Source: an uncultured Armatimonadia bacterium (lineage in GTDB: Bacteria > Armatimonadota > Zipacnadia > Zipacnadales > UBA11051). Taken from it: DNA of 64,000 nt. Positions 18,565 to 27,391 of this stretch are shown in pieces (within the stretch, counting starts at the first letter, position 1; each line of letters opens with the position of its first letter). The translations under genes and the position numbers were made by a program. The notes under the pieces were generated by a model, which was not told where the DNA came from, did not search any database, and saw only the letters and a program-made list of their open reading frames with translations. The stretch lies in assembly GCA_964622325.1 (NCBI GenBank), contig CAZUOJ010000005.1:583-64582 (forward strand). The letters are read 5' to 3'.

Positions 18565-21500
18565 ATGATGTGGCGTTGGGCGTGTCTGCTCTGTGTCATT
18601 ATAGCCTGGGGGACAGCGGCGAGGAGCGATATTGTGCTCTATGTGTCGCCACAGGGGCGAGATGAATGGACAGGCAAACGGCCAGAGGCGAAAGCGCCCG
18701 ACGGGCCTTTCGCTACGCTTGCCCGTGCGCGGGAGGAAGTGCGCCGGCTGAAAGCGGCCGGCCCGCTCACGCAGCCCGTGAAAATTGTCCTGCGCGGCGG
18801 ACGCTATCTGCTGTATGAAACATTTGCCTTGACAGCCGCCGACAGCGGCACGCCCCAGGCGCCCATCACATATATTGCTTTCAAGGGCGAAAAGCCTCTT
18901 CTGGCTGGCTGTCGCCGCGTGACGGGCTTCAAGCCCTGGAAGGACAAAATTCTGGTGGCGGAGCTGAAGGGGACGCCCCTGGAGGGCGTGCGCTTCCGGC
19001 AATTGTTCTGTAACGGCGAACGGCAAATTATGGCTCGCTATCCGAATTTAGATCCGAAGGATCCCCATGGAGGAGAATGGGCGTATGTGGCGGCTGTGGA
19101 GGGGCCCAATGTACGCGATAGATTCTATTATACGGAGGATGTGGAGAAGAATTGGACGCATGTAGAGCGGGCAGAAGTGGGCATCCATCCGGGCTTTGAT
19201 TGGGCCTGGAACATCGTGCCCATCAAAGCCGTGGATCGGGAGGAAAAGCAAATTATTCTGGCCCGCAATGTGTCCTATGATTTGCGGATTGGGGATCGTT
19301 ATTTTGTGCAGAATATTTTGGAAGAATTGGATTCTCCGGGAGAATGGTATCTGGATCCGCAGGAGAGTCGCCTGTATTTCTGGCCTCCTGTAGCGGACAT
19401 CGAGCGGGCCGAAGTGCTGGCGCCAGTTGTGGGGGATTTAATCCGGCTGGAGGGCGCCTCGGATGTGACATTACGAGGCCTGACAATCGAAGGCTGCGAC
19501 GGGACAGGCGTCGTGCTGCAAAATTGTGAGCGGAGCCTGATTGCGCAAAGCGTGATCCGGAATACAGGGAGCTGGGGCATCAGCATCAACGGCGGCCATG
19601 ACAGCGGGGCGAAAGGCAATGACATATATGCGACAGGCGCTGGAGGCATTTCGTTGTCGGGAGGCGATCGGCAGACGCTGGAGCCAGGCCGCAATTTCGC
19701 GGACAATAATTATATCCATCATGTCGCTGTGTTCGCCAAAACATACAACACAGGCATCAATGTCAGCGGCGTAGGCAATATCGCCCGCCATAATCTCATT
19801 CATGATACATATCATGCCGGAATGACACTATCCGGCAATGAGAATGTTGTGGAATACAATATCGTCCATCACACGAATTTGGGCTCTGCGGACACAGGAG
19901 GGATATATTATTGTTCGCGCGATTTTACAATGCGGGGCAATAAGATACAATTCAATATTTTTCATCATTGTGGGGGCTTCGGCAAAGACAATTCGTGGGC
20001 GCCCGTCCAGGGGGGGAGAGTCAGCTTCAGCTATCCGCATTTCACATGGGGCATTTATTTAGACGATCCGACGAGCGGGACGCTTGTTTACGGCAATATC
20101 CTGTGGGCGGTGCCTATCTGCGGCCTGCATAATCACGGCGGGCGGGATAATGTGTGGGAAAATAACATCGTCGTGGATGCGCCGGCTGTCAACGCCGGGA
20201 TGCTATGGGACGGCTGGATCGAATATCCTCAGATTATCGAAAAGCTCAAGGCCGTGCAATACGAGGGCTCGCCGTATTTGCGGCTGTATCCCGAATTAGC
20301 GCATTATGATATCAGCCATCCTTCAGGAATGACGGGCTTACGATTTTTGCGCAATATCTTCTATTACACAGCGGAGGGGAGCCGCTGGCTGCGGGAAAAG
20401 AACGCCCAGAGCTGGCAGGGCGGCCAATTGCTATACAGATATTTTACGGACGACATAGGCTTCAAAGAAAGCCTATTTGATTACAATCTCGTCTGTCCGC
20501 CGCCAGGCGTGGAGCTGAAAATCAGTTTTCAGCGCCAGCCGGAGCCGCACAAGCTTTTGTCATGGACGGAATGGCAGGCTACAGGGATGGATGTGCATTC
20601 TGTCATCGGGGATCCGATGTTTGTGGATCCCGCGAAGCATAATTATGCGCTCAAGCCCGGCTCTCCGGCGCTGAAATTGGGCTTCAAGCCCATTCCGCTC
20701 GAGAAAATTGGGCCGTATGCCGATGAGCTGCGCGCGTCCTGGCCGATTGTGGAGGCGCCAGGCGCCGCCGCGCTGGGCGATTTCACAACACAGCGCTTTT
20801 TCAAATTGCCAGGCTACGAGCCTGTGAAGGCGGAGCTTTTTACGCCGCGGCAGGGGGCGCCCAATTTCTTCGCCAAATTGGCGGCAGGCAAGCCTGTCAA
20901 AATCGCCTATTTTGGCGGAGGCATTCATCCTCCTGACGGCTGGCGCAGGCAGATTCTCCATTGGCTGCGCGAGCGCTATCCCCATGTGGAGATAAGCGAA
21001 ATAGACGCCTCCATCTGCGATTGTTCCCGCGGCTCCGGCTTCAGCGTGTATCGTTTTGAGCAGGCCGTGTTAACGAAGCAGCCGGATCTTGTGCTTGTGG
21101 ATTTTGCCGCTGATGATCAGACGGCGAATGTGGACAGCATCTGGGCGGCAATAGAGGGCGTCGTGCGGCAGGCGCGGCGCGCCAATCCGCAGCTGGATAT
21201 CATTTTTGTCTATGCTTTTCGGGCGGGCGATGAGAAGGATTTTGCGGAGGGCTTCTGTCCCCAGGCGATTTCGGCTTATGAAAGAATCGCCGCATATTAT
21301 GGGATTCCGAGCATTAATATGGCCTTTCGAATTGCGCAATTAGCGCAGCAGGAGCGACTCATCATTAAAGCCACGCCGCAGCAAGCACAAAATCCAGAAG
21401 GAAGGCTGATCTTCTCTTTAGATGGCGTGCGGCCGACAGCTGATGGCAATCGACTTTACGCGGAAGTGATAATAGAGGCGTTGAGGGCGCTCAGCCAAAA

Positions 21501-22023
21501 CACGACGCCCAAGAAGCATCCTTTGCCCAAGCCCTTCTTCCGGGGCGCGATGGAGCGCGCCCGGCTGTATCCCATCACGCCAGAAATGCTTTCGGGGCCC
21601 TGGGAGAAGCTGTCGCCGGATAATGTTTCCGGGCGGAATTTTGCCAATCATTTCCGTGAAATCTGGCTCACACGGACGCCCGGCGCCAAACTTACATTTC
21701 GTTTTCGCGGCACAGAGGCCAGCATTTTCAATCTGATGGGGCCTGACACAGGCATTGCCCGCGTGACAGTGGACGGCCGCGACGCGGGGCGGCGCCAACA
21801 AGTGGATCAATGGGCCTATTATCAGCGGCTGAGCGCCTTGCCGCTGGCCTCCGGCTTGCCTGATACGGAGCATACAGTCACAGTGGAATTGCTGCCCGAT
21901 GTGCCCGATCGAAGCGTGGCCATTGCAGCAGCCAAAGAAGCCAATCGTTATCGGGCGGAAGATTTTGACGGTGTGGCTTTCCGCTTTGGCTGGCTGCGGA
22001 TTAATGGGGAATTATTGCCCTGA
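18565..22023 (+). CDS. Secreted right-handed parallel beta-helix protein fused to a degenerate SGNH/GDSL domain
   Basis: Signal peptide. LYVSPQGRDEWTG...DGPFATL start, many Asn-ladder repeats (NNYIHH, HNLIHD, YNIVHH, FNIFHH), and a C-terminal SGNH-fold region (KIAYFGGGI, PDLVLVDFA, DGVRP). Confidence 0.8.
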   Translation: MMWRWACLLCVIIAWGTAARSDIVLYVSPQGRDEWTGKRPEAKAPDGPFATLARAREEVRRLKAAGPLTQPVKIVLRGGRYLLYETFALTAADSGTPQAPITYIAFKGEKPLLAGCRRVTGFKPWKDKILVAELKGTPLEGVRFRQLFCNGERQIMARYPNLDPKDPHGGEWAYVAAVEGPNVRDRFYYTEDVEKNWTHVERAEVGIHPGFDWAWNIVPIKAVDREEKQIILARNVSYDLRIGDRYFVQNILEELDSPGEWYLDPQESRLYFWPPVADIERAEVLAPVVGDLIRLEGASDVTLRGLTIEGCDGTGVVLQNCERSLIAQSVIRNTGSWGISINGGHDSGAKGNDIYATGAGGISLSGGDRQTLEPGRNFADNNYIHHVAVFAKTYNTGINVSGVGNIARHNLIHDTYHAGMTLSGNENVVEYNIVHHTNLGSADTGGIYYCSRDFTMRGNKIQFNIFHHCGGFGKDNSWAPVQGGRVSFSYPHFTWGIYLDDPTSGTLVYGNILWAVPICGLHNHGGRDNVWENNIVVDAPAVNAGMLWDGWIEYPQIIEKLKAVQYEGSPYLRLYPELAHYDISHPSGMTGLRFLRNIFYYTAEGSRWLREKNAQSWQGGQLLYRYFTDDIGFKESLFDYNLVCPPPGVELKISFQRQPEPHKLLSWTEWQATGMDVHSVIGDPMFVDPAKHNYALKPGSPALKLGFKPIPLEKIGPYADELRASWPIVEAPGAAALGDFTTQRFFKLPGYEPVKAELFTPRQGAPNFFAKLAAGKPVKIAYFGGGIHPPDGWRRQILHWLRERYPHVEISEIDASICDCSRGSGFSVYRFEQAVLTKQPDLVLVDFAADDQTANVDSIWAAIEGVVRQARRANPQLDIIFVYAFRAGDEKDFAEGFCPQAISAYERIAAYYGIPSINMAFRIAQLAQQERLIIKATPQQAQNPEGRLIFSLDGVRPTADGNRLYAEVIIEALRALSQNTTPKKHPLPKPFFRGAMERARLYPITPEMLSGPWEKLSPDNVSGRNFANHFREIWLTRTPGAKLTFRFRGTEASIFNLMGPDTGIARVTVDGRDAGRRQQVDQWAYYQRLSALPLASGLPDTEHTVTVELLPDVPDRSVAIAAAKEANRYRAEDFDGVAFRFGWLRINGELLP

Positions 22024-22124
22024 AGAGACGTTCACAGGCTTATAGCTTCTTTCGAACAGAAAGAACAAAGATATACGCGAAAGGCTCAAACAAAAGCAAA
22101 ACAGCAAAGAAAGGCAGAACAGCG

Positions 22125-23120
22125 ATGTTACGCGTGTGCGTTATTGGGATGGGGCCTATCGGCAATCGGCATGCCGATATGTATAAGGAGCATCCGCAGG
22201 CGGAATTAGTAGGCGTATGCGATATTATTCCGGAGCGGGCTGATGCGGCTGCGCGCCGACTGGGCGTGCCAGCCTATTATGAGGCGCCCACGATGCTGGC
22301 GGAACTTCAGCCTGATATTTGCAGTGTGGCGACAAGCGGCGAGGAATATGGCAGCGATCATGCGGAGCCGACGATTCAGGCGCTAGAAGCGGGCTGTCAT
22401 GTGCTGTGTGAAAAGCCCATTTCCAATTCCATTGCCGATGCCGAGAAAATGGTCGCGACGGCGCGCCGCCTGCGTCGCTGTCTCGCCATCAATTTCAATC
22501 ATCGCTTCAATCCGGCGCATCGGCTGGCGAAACGCTGGATCGAAGAGGGCCGGCTAGGGCATCTTTTGTTTATTAATATGAGCATCTGGATTTTGAATCC
22601 GCGCGAGTCTTCGCCTTATTTTCATATCAAAGCCTTGCATCCCCATTCTGTGGATATTATGCGTTATTTTTGTGGCGACATTGAGGCCGTGCATTGCTTT
22701 GCGACGAAAGCTCCCGGACGCCAAATTTGGTCCACAGCGCAATTTAATTTTCGCTTCAAAAATGGCGTTGTCGGCTCCTTGACGGGCAGCTACGATATTG
22801 CCCGCGGGCATCCAATGGAACGCTGTGAAGTCGCCGGCACGGGCGGACGTTTTGTGATTGAAGATATTTTTAAGGAAGTGACATTGTATCCCGCAGACAG
22901 CCTGGAGAAAATTGTGTATACAGAGCCCTCGCTATTTGGCGGAATGCGGGATTTTGTGGATACATTCCGCGCGCGCATTCATGCCTTTGTCGATCAAATT
23001 GCCGCCGGCGTGTCGCCAGAGGAGATTGACGGTTCCGGAGAAGACGGCCTGGCCGCGCAAAAAGTCCTCGCCGCCGCCATTGAATCTTTGGAAACAGAAT
23101 CGGTTGTGTATGTGAAATAA
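22125..23120 (+). CDS. Gfo/Idh/MocA-family oxidoreductase
   Basis: VIGMGPIG Rossmann motif, GCHVLCEKP motif, and FNHRFNP. Confidence 0.9.
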   Translation: MLRVCVIGMGPIGNRHADMYKEHPQAELVGVCDIIPERADAAARRLGVPAYYEAPTMLAELQPDICSVATSGEEYGSDHAEPTIQALEAGCHVLCEKPISNSIADAEKMVATARRLRRCLAINFNHRFNPAHRLAKRWIEEGRLGHLLFINMSIWILNPRESSPYFHIKALHPHSVDIMRYFCGDIEAVHCFATKAPGRQIWSTAQFNFRFKNGVVGSLTGSYDIARGHPMERCEVAGTGGRFVIEDIFKEVTLYPADSLEKIVYTEPSLFGGMRDFVDTFRARIHAFVDQIAAGVSPEEIDGSGEDGLAAQKVLAAAIESLETESVVYVK

Positions 23121-23184
23121 AAGGAGCACACGAAAAGACAGAGTCTTTATCAGCAAAAAGTACAAGACAAAAAGGAGCATCATA

Positions 23185-24675
23185 ATGAATCTTGTTTTTC
23201 TCGTGAGCGACACATTGCGCTGGGATTATTTAGGCGCTTATGGCAATAGCTGGATTAAAACGCCGTATCTGGATCAGCTGGCCAAAGAAAGCGTTGTGTT
23301 TGAGGAGGCTTTCGCCGAAGGGCTGCCCACATTGCCGGCGCGTCGCGTCATGCAGACAGGGCGGCCCATTGTCCCCTTCAAATATGTGCCGCAAAAGAGC
23401 GATATGGTGCAGCTGCACGGCTGGCACGGACTTTTTGATGAGGATGTCTCGGCAGCGGAATGGCTGCGCGAGCACGGCTATGTGTGCTGCTTCATTACAG
23501 ATGTCTATCATATGATGAAGCCGGGCAAGAATTTTCATCGCGGCTTTGATTGCTGGCATTGGATCCGGGGACAGGAAGACGATCCGTATATGCTGCGCGA
23601 TGAGGCGCAAGTGCGGGAGCTTTTGGCGCGGGCGGCGCCACAGGAGCAATTCCGGCAACGCCACTGGCTTATCCAGCATTTAATGAATCGCAAGGATTGG
23701 GAAGGCGAAGCGGATACGCTCGTGGCGCGTGTGATGCAAAAAGCCGCCGAATGGCTGCACAATTATTCCTTAGAGGCGCCGTTTTACATGTGGATTGATT
23801 GTTTTGATCCCCATGAGCCCTGGGATCCGCCGCTGGAATATGCCCGTTTGTATGATCCGGATTTTGATAGCTTGGACGGACTCGTGCCGCCCAGCTTCAC
23901 AAGCCAAATGACAGAAGAACAAATTCGCAACACTTTAACTGCTTATGCCGGAGAAGTTACGCTGGTGGATCGCTGGATCGGGCATTTGCTGGAGACATTG
24001 CACGAAACAGGCCATTTGCAGGACACATTGATTGTGTTCACATCGGATCATGGCTGCATGCTGGGCGAACAGGGCGAAATGCATAAGGGCATCAGCCGGC
24101 TGCGCAATCAATGCACGCAACTGCCGCTGCTTATTCGCCATCCGCAGGGCCTGGGGGCGGGCACGCGCGTACGAGGCCTCGTGCAGCATACGGATATGTT
24201 GCCGACGGCCCTGGCTTTAATGGGCATTCCCCCTCATGAACGGATGCTGGGGCGCAATGTCTGGCCGTGGCCGCTGGCAGAAGGAGCCGCCGCCTCCTCC
24301 GCCTCTACAGCTCCCGCGGCGTCCTCGCCTCCAGCTGCTCTCCAGACGCCCGCAGCTCGCGATTATGTTGTAACGGCGTTTGGGCCGTATGCGTCCTATC
24401 GCACAACGCGCTGGAATTATATTACAGTGTGGGATCCCGAAAGCCCGGAAAAGCGCCCGCCGGAGCTGTACGATTTGCATGCCGATCCGGAGGAACTGAC
24501 GAATGTGGCGGCGGATTATCCGGAAGTAACGGCTGAATTGCGGGAGGCGCTCCAGGAGCATCTGCGGGCTCAGGCGCCTCTGACGCAGGGGCATTTAGGC
24601 GGCACCGCCGATCTGGATGTGCTGGGCGAATTGGGCATCAAAATGAGCTTTGACGCCTTGCCGCCCCTGCGCTAG
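23185..24675 (+). CDS. Sulfatase-like hydrolase (alkaline phosphatase superfamily) with Thr at the nucleophile position
   Basis: LVSDTLRWD, PTLPARR (T in place of C/S of [CS]xPxR), DPHEPWDPP, YAGEVTLVDRWIG, TSDHG, and ELYDLHADPEE. Confidence 0.85.
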   Translation: MNLVFLVSDTLRWDYLGAYGNSWIKTPYLDQLAKESVVFEEAFAEGLPTLPARRVMQTGRPIVPFKYVPQKSDMVQLHGWHGLFDEDVSAAEWLREHGYVCCFITDVYHMMKPGKNFHRGFDCWHWIRGQEDDPYMLRDEAQVRELLARAAPQEQFRQRHWLIQHLMNRKDWEGEADTLVARVMQKAAEWLHNYSLEAPFYMWIDCFDPHEPWDPPLEYARLYDPDFDSLDGLVPPSFTSQMTEEQIRNTLTAYAGEVTLVDRWIGHLLETLHETGHLQDTLIVFTSDHGCMLGEQGEMHKGISRLRNQCTQLPLLIRHPQGLGAGTRVRGLVQHTDMLPTALALMGIPPHERMLGRNVWPWPLAEGAAASSASTAPAASSPPAALQTPAARDYVVTAFGPYASYRTTRWNYITVWDPESPEKRPPELYDLHADPEELTNVAADYPEVTAELREALQEHLRAQAPLTQGHLGGTADLDVLGELGIKMSFDALPPLR

Positions 24676-24843
24676 CCCCGATAGTCCCCTGAGGCTTCGC
24701 CAAGCGTATCTGGCCCTAAAAGGGCTTCCATGAGGCGGCAAGCAGCTGGGCATTTTCTCACAACAGAAATGTTTCCGCAGAGGCAGTTTCTTGGCATGGC
24801 AGAGAAAAAGCGCAGAAAAGCCATCAAGGCGAGGATACGATAA

Positions 24844-25371
24844 ATGAGCAGGCTTCCGGTGGGGATTGTGCAGATATATACAGGGGACGGCAAAGGCAAG
24901 ACAACGGCCGCTTTGGGGCTGGCAGTGCGGGCGGCAGGAGCAGGCTTACGTGTGTTTATTGGCCAATTTTGCAAGGGCCGCGAGACGGCCGAGCACAGGG
25001 GGCTGGCGCTTTTGGGAGAGCGCGTCACAGTGCGCCACAGCGGCCGTTGCTCCTTTATTACAGGGCCGCCGACGCCCGAAGATAAAGCCGCCGCGCAACA
25101 TATGTTGCAGCTGCTGCGTGAGGCCTTGCAAAGCGGCGCCTATGATATCGTCATCGCGGATGAATTGAATGTTGCCATCGCGCTGGGCCTTGTGACGCTC
25201 GCGGATGCCCAAGAGCTGTTGGCGTTGCGGCCTGCCCATGTGGAGCTTGTGATTACAGGCCGCAACGCTCCGTCCGAATTGCTTCAACAAGCCGAGCTTG
25301 TGACAGAAATGCGCGCTCTTAAACATCCCTATGCCCAGGGACTAAAAGCACGCTCAGGCATTGAATTTTAA
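24844..25371 (+). CDS. cobO: Cob(I)yrinic acid a,c-diamide adenosyltransferase (CobO/BtuR)
   Basis: IYTGDGKGKTTAALGLAVRAAG, IADELNVA, LVITGR, and VTEMRALKHPY..G....GIEF. Confidence 0.92.
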   Translation: MSRLPVGIVQIYTGDGKGKTTAALGLAVRAAGAGLRVFIGQFCKGRETAEHRGLALLGERVTVRHSGRCSFITGPPTPEDKAAAQHMLQLLREALQSGAYDIVIADELNVAIALGLVTLADAQELLALRPAHVELVITGRNAPSELLQQAELVTEMRALKHPYAQGLKARSGIEF

Positions 25372-25525
25372 ATTGGCCTCCTTCTGGCCGCCTGATGGCT
25401 TATGTGCAATATTCATTTTTCTGCGCTTTTTCCTTTCTGGCTTTCGGGGCTTTTCGGAAATACAAGCTGATCTGCTTGAAGCTGCGCCTGCAGGCCTCCA
25501 CGCCTCTACAGGCGAAGGCGGCTCT

Positions 25526-26098
25526 TCAATCGCGAGGCGCCTCATAATACAAGTACCAGCGATATTTACACAAGCCATCTTTGCGGCAGGCTTCCTGGCC
25601 CGGACGGCAATGGCGTTCGGGCTGATAGACAGAAATCGCCTGCTGTTCGCTGAATGCTGCCTGCCAATCTTCTTCTGCCCCCAGCTGGGATTGCTGCTCA
25701 CAAAATTCCTGCAGCTTGAGGATGGCGCGTTGCAGCCAGCGCAAGGCCGTGCTGTGCTGCACGCCCAGAGATTGTGCCATTTGCCGCAATGTCAAGCCCT
25801 GTCTGCGCATGGCAATGAGCTGCCGCTCGCTTTCCGTCAATGTCGCTTGCGCCAATAAAATCTCCAGCAATTGGGCCGCCGAATCCTGAAGCATGCGCAA
25901 ATCTGGCGGGGGAGGCTCCACAAATTGCGCATCTTTGCGGCACGCTCGCTGCAGATTTGTTTCCCGATAAAAGCTGTAAGACAAATAGCGCGGATCCGCA
26001 CCGCTATTCCACAAAAGCTCATTGGCCTGTCGCTCTAACGCCGCTTCTTTTTCTTCCACGGCTTTGTTTTTAATCCGGCCCGAATGATAATCAGACAT
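25526..26098 (-). CDS. Hypothetical DNA-binding protein with a sigma70 region-4/LuxR-like HTH and a C-terminal Cys cluster
   Basis: Start chosen at ATG 26098, preceded by AAGGGAG; 190 aa. LTESERQLIAMRRQGLTLRQMAQSLGVQHSTALRWLQRA is HTH-like. C-terminal HCRPGQEACRKDGLC. Confidence 0.65.
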   Translation of the reverse strand: MSDYHSGRIKNKAVEEKEAALERQANELLWNSGADPRYLSYSFYRETNLQRACRKDAQFVEPPPPDLRMLQDSAAQLLEILLAQATLTESERQLIAMRRQGLTLRQMAQSLGVQHSTALRWLQRAILKLQEFCEQQSQLGAEEDWQAAFSEQQAISVYQPERHCRPGQEACRKDGLCKYRWYLYYEAPRD

Positions 26099-26282
26099 TG
26101 TAAGGCTCCCTTCTGAAAAAATTTGGCTTTTGCGCCCAACATAGCCAGGGAAGCCTTGCAGCGACTTGCGAGCGGCCTTGTATTTTTCTTGTATTTTTCT
26201 GCCGTCTTTGGGCACACGGGAGCCATTTATGAGGGCAAATAGAGGGAAGGATAAGACTCTTTGCAATTCATTGAGGAGGCGA

Positions 26283-26312
26283 TAGACTTGGAACAATTAA
26301 AAGCAATATAAT
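26283..26312 (+). promoter_or_regulatory. Candidate sigma70 promoter for the 26363-29266 genes
   Basis: TAGACT (26283-26288), 18-bp spacer, TATAAT (26307-26312). Confidence 0.45.
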
Positions 26313-26362
26313 ATTCTTTAAGGCGCAAAGCTTTTTATCGGCCTTTAATCAGGCTGCTGGCA

Positions 26363-27289
26363 ATGGAGCGACATATGAAGAGCAAGATTTTTGTCAGCCT
26401 GTGGCTAGCTTTTTTGCCTGTGCTGGGCGCAGCGCAAAGAGAAATACAGATATTTCGGGGCGCCTTAGGCCGGGGCACGCTAGAAATGCAATTGCTGGAG
26501 GAAATCACAGTTCTGCAGCGACTTGTGCCCCTGCAACTGACAGAGGCGCAGATAGAGCAGATTCTGGCGGCTTATGCCCAGCATCCCGCGTCCTACGAAC
26601 AGGCGGAAACAATCGCCAGATTGCAGGAAATCAAACGCCAGTTATTGTCTGGCGAGCGGCTTGTCGCGGCGGATCTGGCGAATTTGCGGGAGCTGGCGCG
26701 CACGGCGCTTCAGGAGCGGCGGCGGCTATTTGGCCAGGCGCCGGCGGCGCCTGCTGCTGCGCCGCCGCCCGAGGCGGCGCTTTCTCCGCTAGAGCAGGCC
26801 ATCTGGAAGGTGCTGACAGTGCCCCAGCGAGCCGCCTTATTGGGCGATGTGCGCGGCGCGGCCGCCAACAATCAAAGGGCCGAGCAACAATTGAGCCGCC
26901 GCGCCCTGCAGCTTATTGGGCAGATGCTGCCTTATGAGGAAGCCAGATGGCAGGCGGCGCGGGATAAGCTGATCGCGGCGCTCATTGCCGGCGTGGGGGC
27001 AGAAAATAGCCCCGAGCGCGAAAATGCGCGGCAGCTTTTCCTAGATTTTTTTGAGCGGCTGCGCAAGATGAATCAGGCGGAATTCGCACAACGACAGGAG
27101 GAACTGGCAGCAGAATTGCTGGCGTTGCTGCCGCCCCAGACGAATTTAGCGGTGGCGCTGGCCGAATACAATCCCCAGCTGATTAAAGAGGCCATGGCAC
27201 GCAGCCTGACTCATCCCCGGGCGCCGGATTTGCTGCGGCAAATGAGGGAAGCGCGGGCGGCCACAGCGACGGCGAAGCAGGAACCGTGA
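26363..27289 (+). CDS. Secreted all-alpha hypothetical protein with two LTxxQ motifs (Spy/CpxP-like)
   Basis: Signal peptide (the start may be ATG 26375). LQLTEAQ and VLTVPQR motifs in an Ala/Leu/Glu/Arg-rich helical sequence. Confidence 0.55.
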   Translation: MERHMKSKIFVSLWLAFLPVLGAAQREIQIFRGALGRGTLEMQLLEEITVLQRLVPLQLTEAQIEQILAAYAQHPASYEQAETIARLQEIKRQLLSGERLVAADLANLRELARTALQERRRLFGQAPAAPAAAPPPEAALSPLEQAIWKVLTVPQRAALLGDVRGAAANNQRAEQQLSRRALQLIGQMLPYEEARWQAARDKLIAALIAGVGAENSPERENARQLFLDFFERLRKMNQAEFAQRQEELAAELLALLPPQTNLAVALAEYNPQLIKEAMARSLTHPRAPDLLRQMREARAATATAKQEP

Positions 27290-27391
27290 ATCTTCTTGGC
27301 GAATTATTTCCCCTCGCCCACAGGATTTGTGCTGTCTGCTTCAAGCGGGGGGATATTTTGTTTCAGGCCGGCTATTCTCAGGAGGGGAAAA

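Noticed and set aside
24676-24843. Possible cobalamin riboswitch upstream of cobO
   Set aside because: No B12-box or GCCACTG/GGGAA core was recognisable.
25361-25858. 165-aa plus-strand ORF overlapping the HTH gene
   Set aside because: The opposite strand has an RBS, an HTH and a Cys motif, while this frame has no recognisable features.
26099-26296. N-terminal extension of the HTH ORF in the supplied track (likewise the extensions for 27296, 35083, 37962, 38704, 51043, 51783 and 54386)
   Set aside because: Better starts with an RBS lie downstream, and the extensions cover promoter-like or overlapping sequence.
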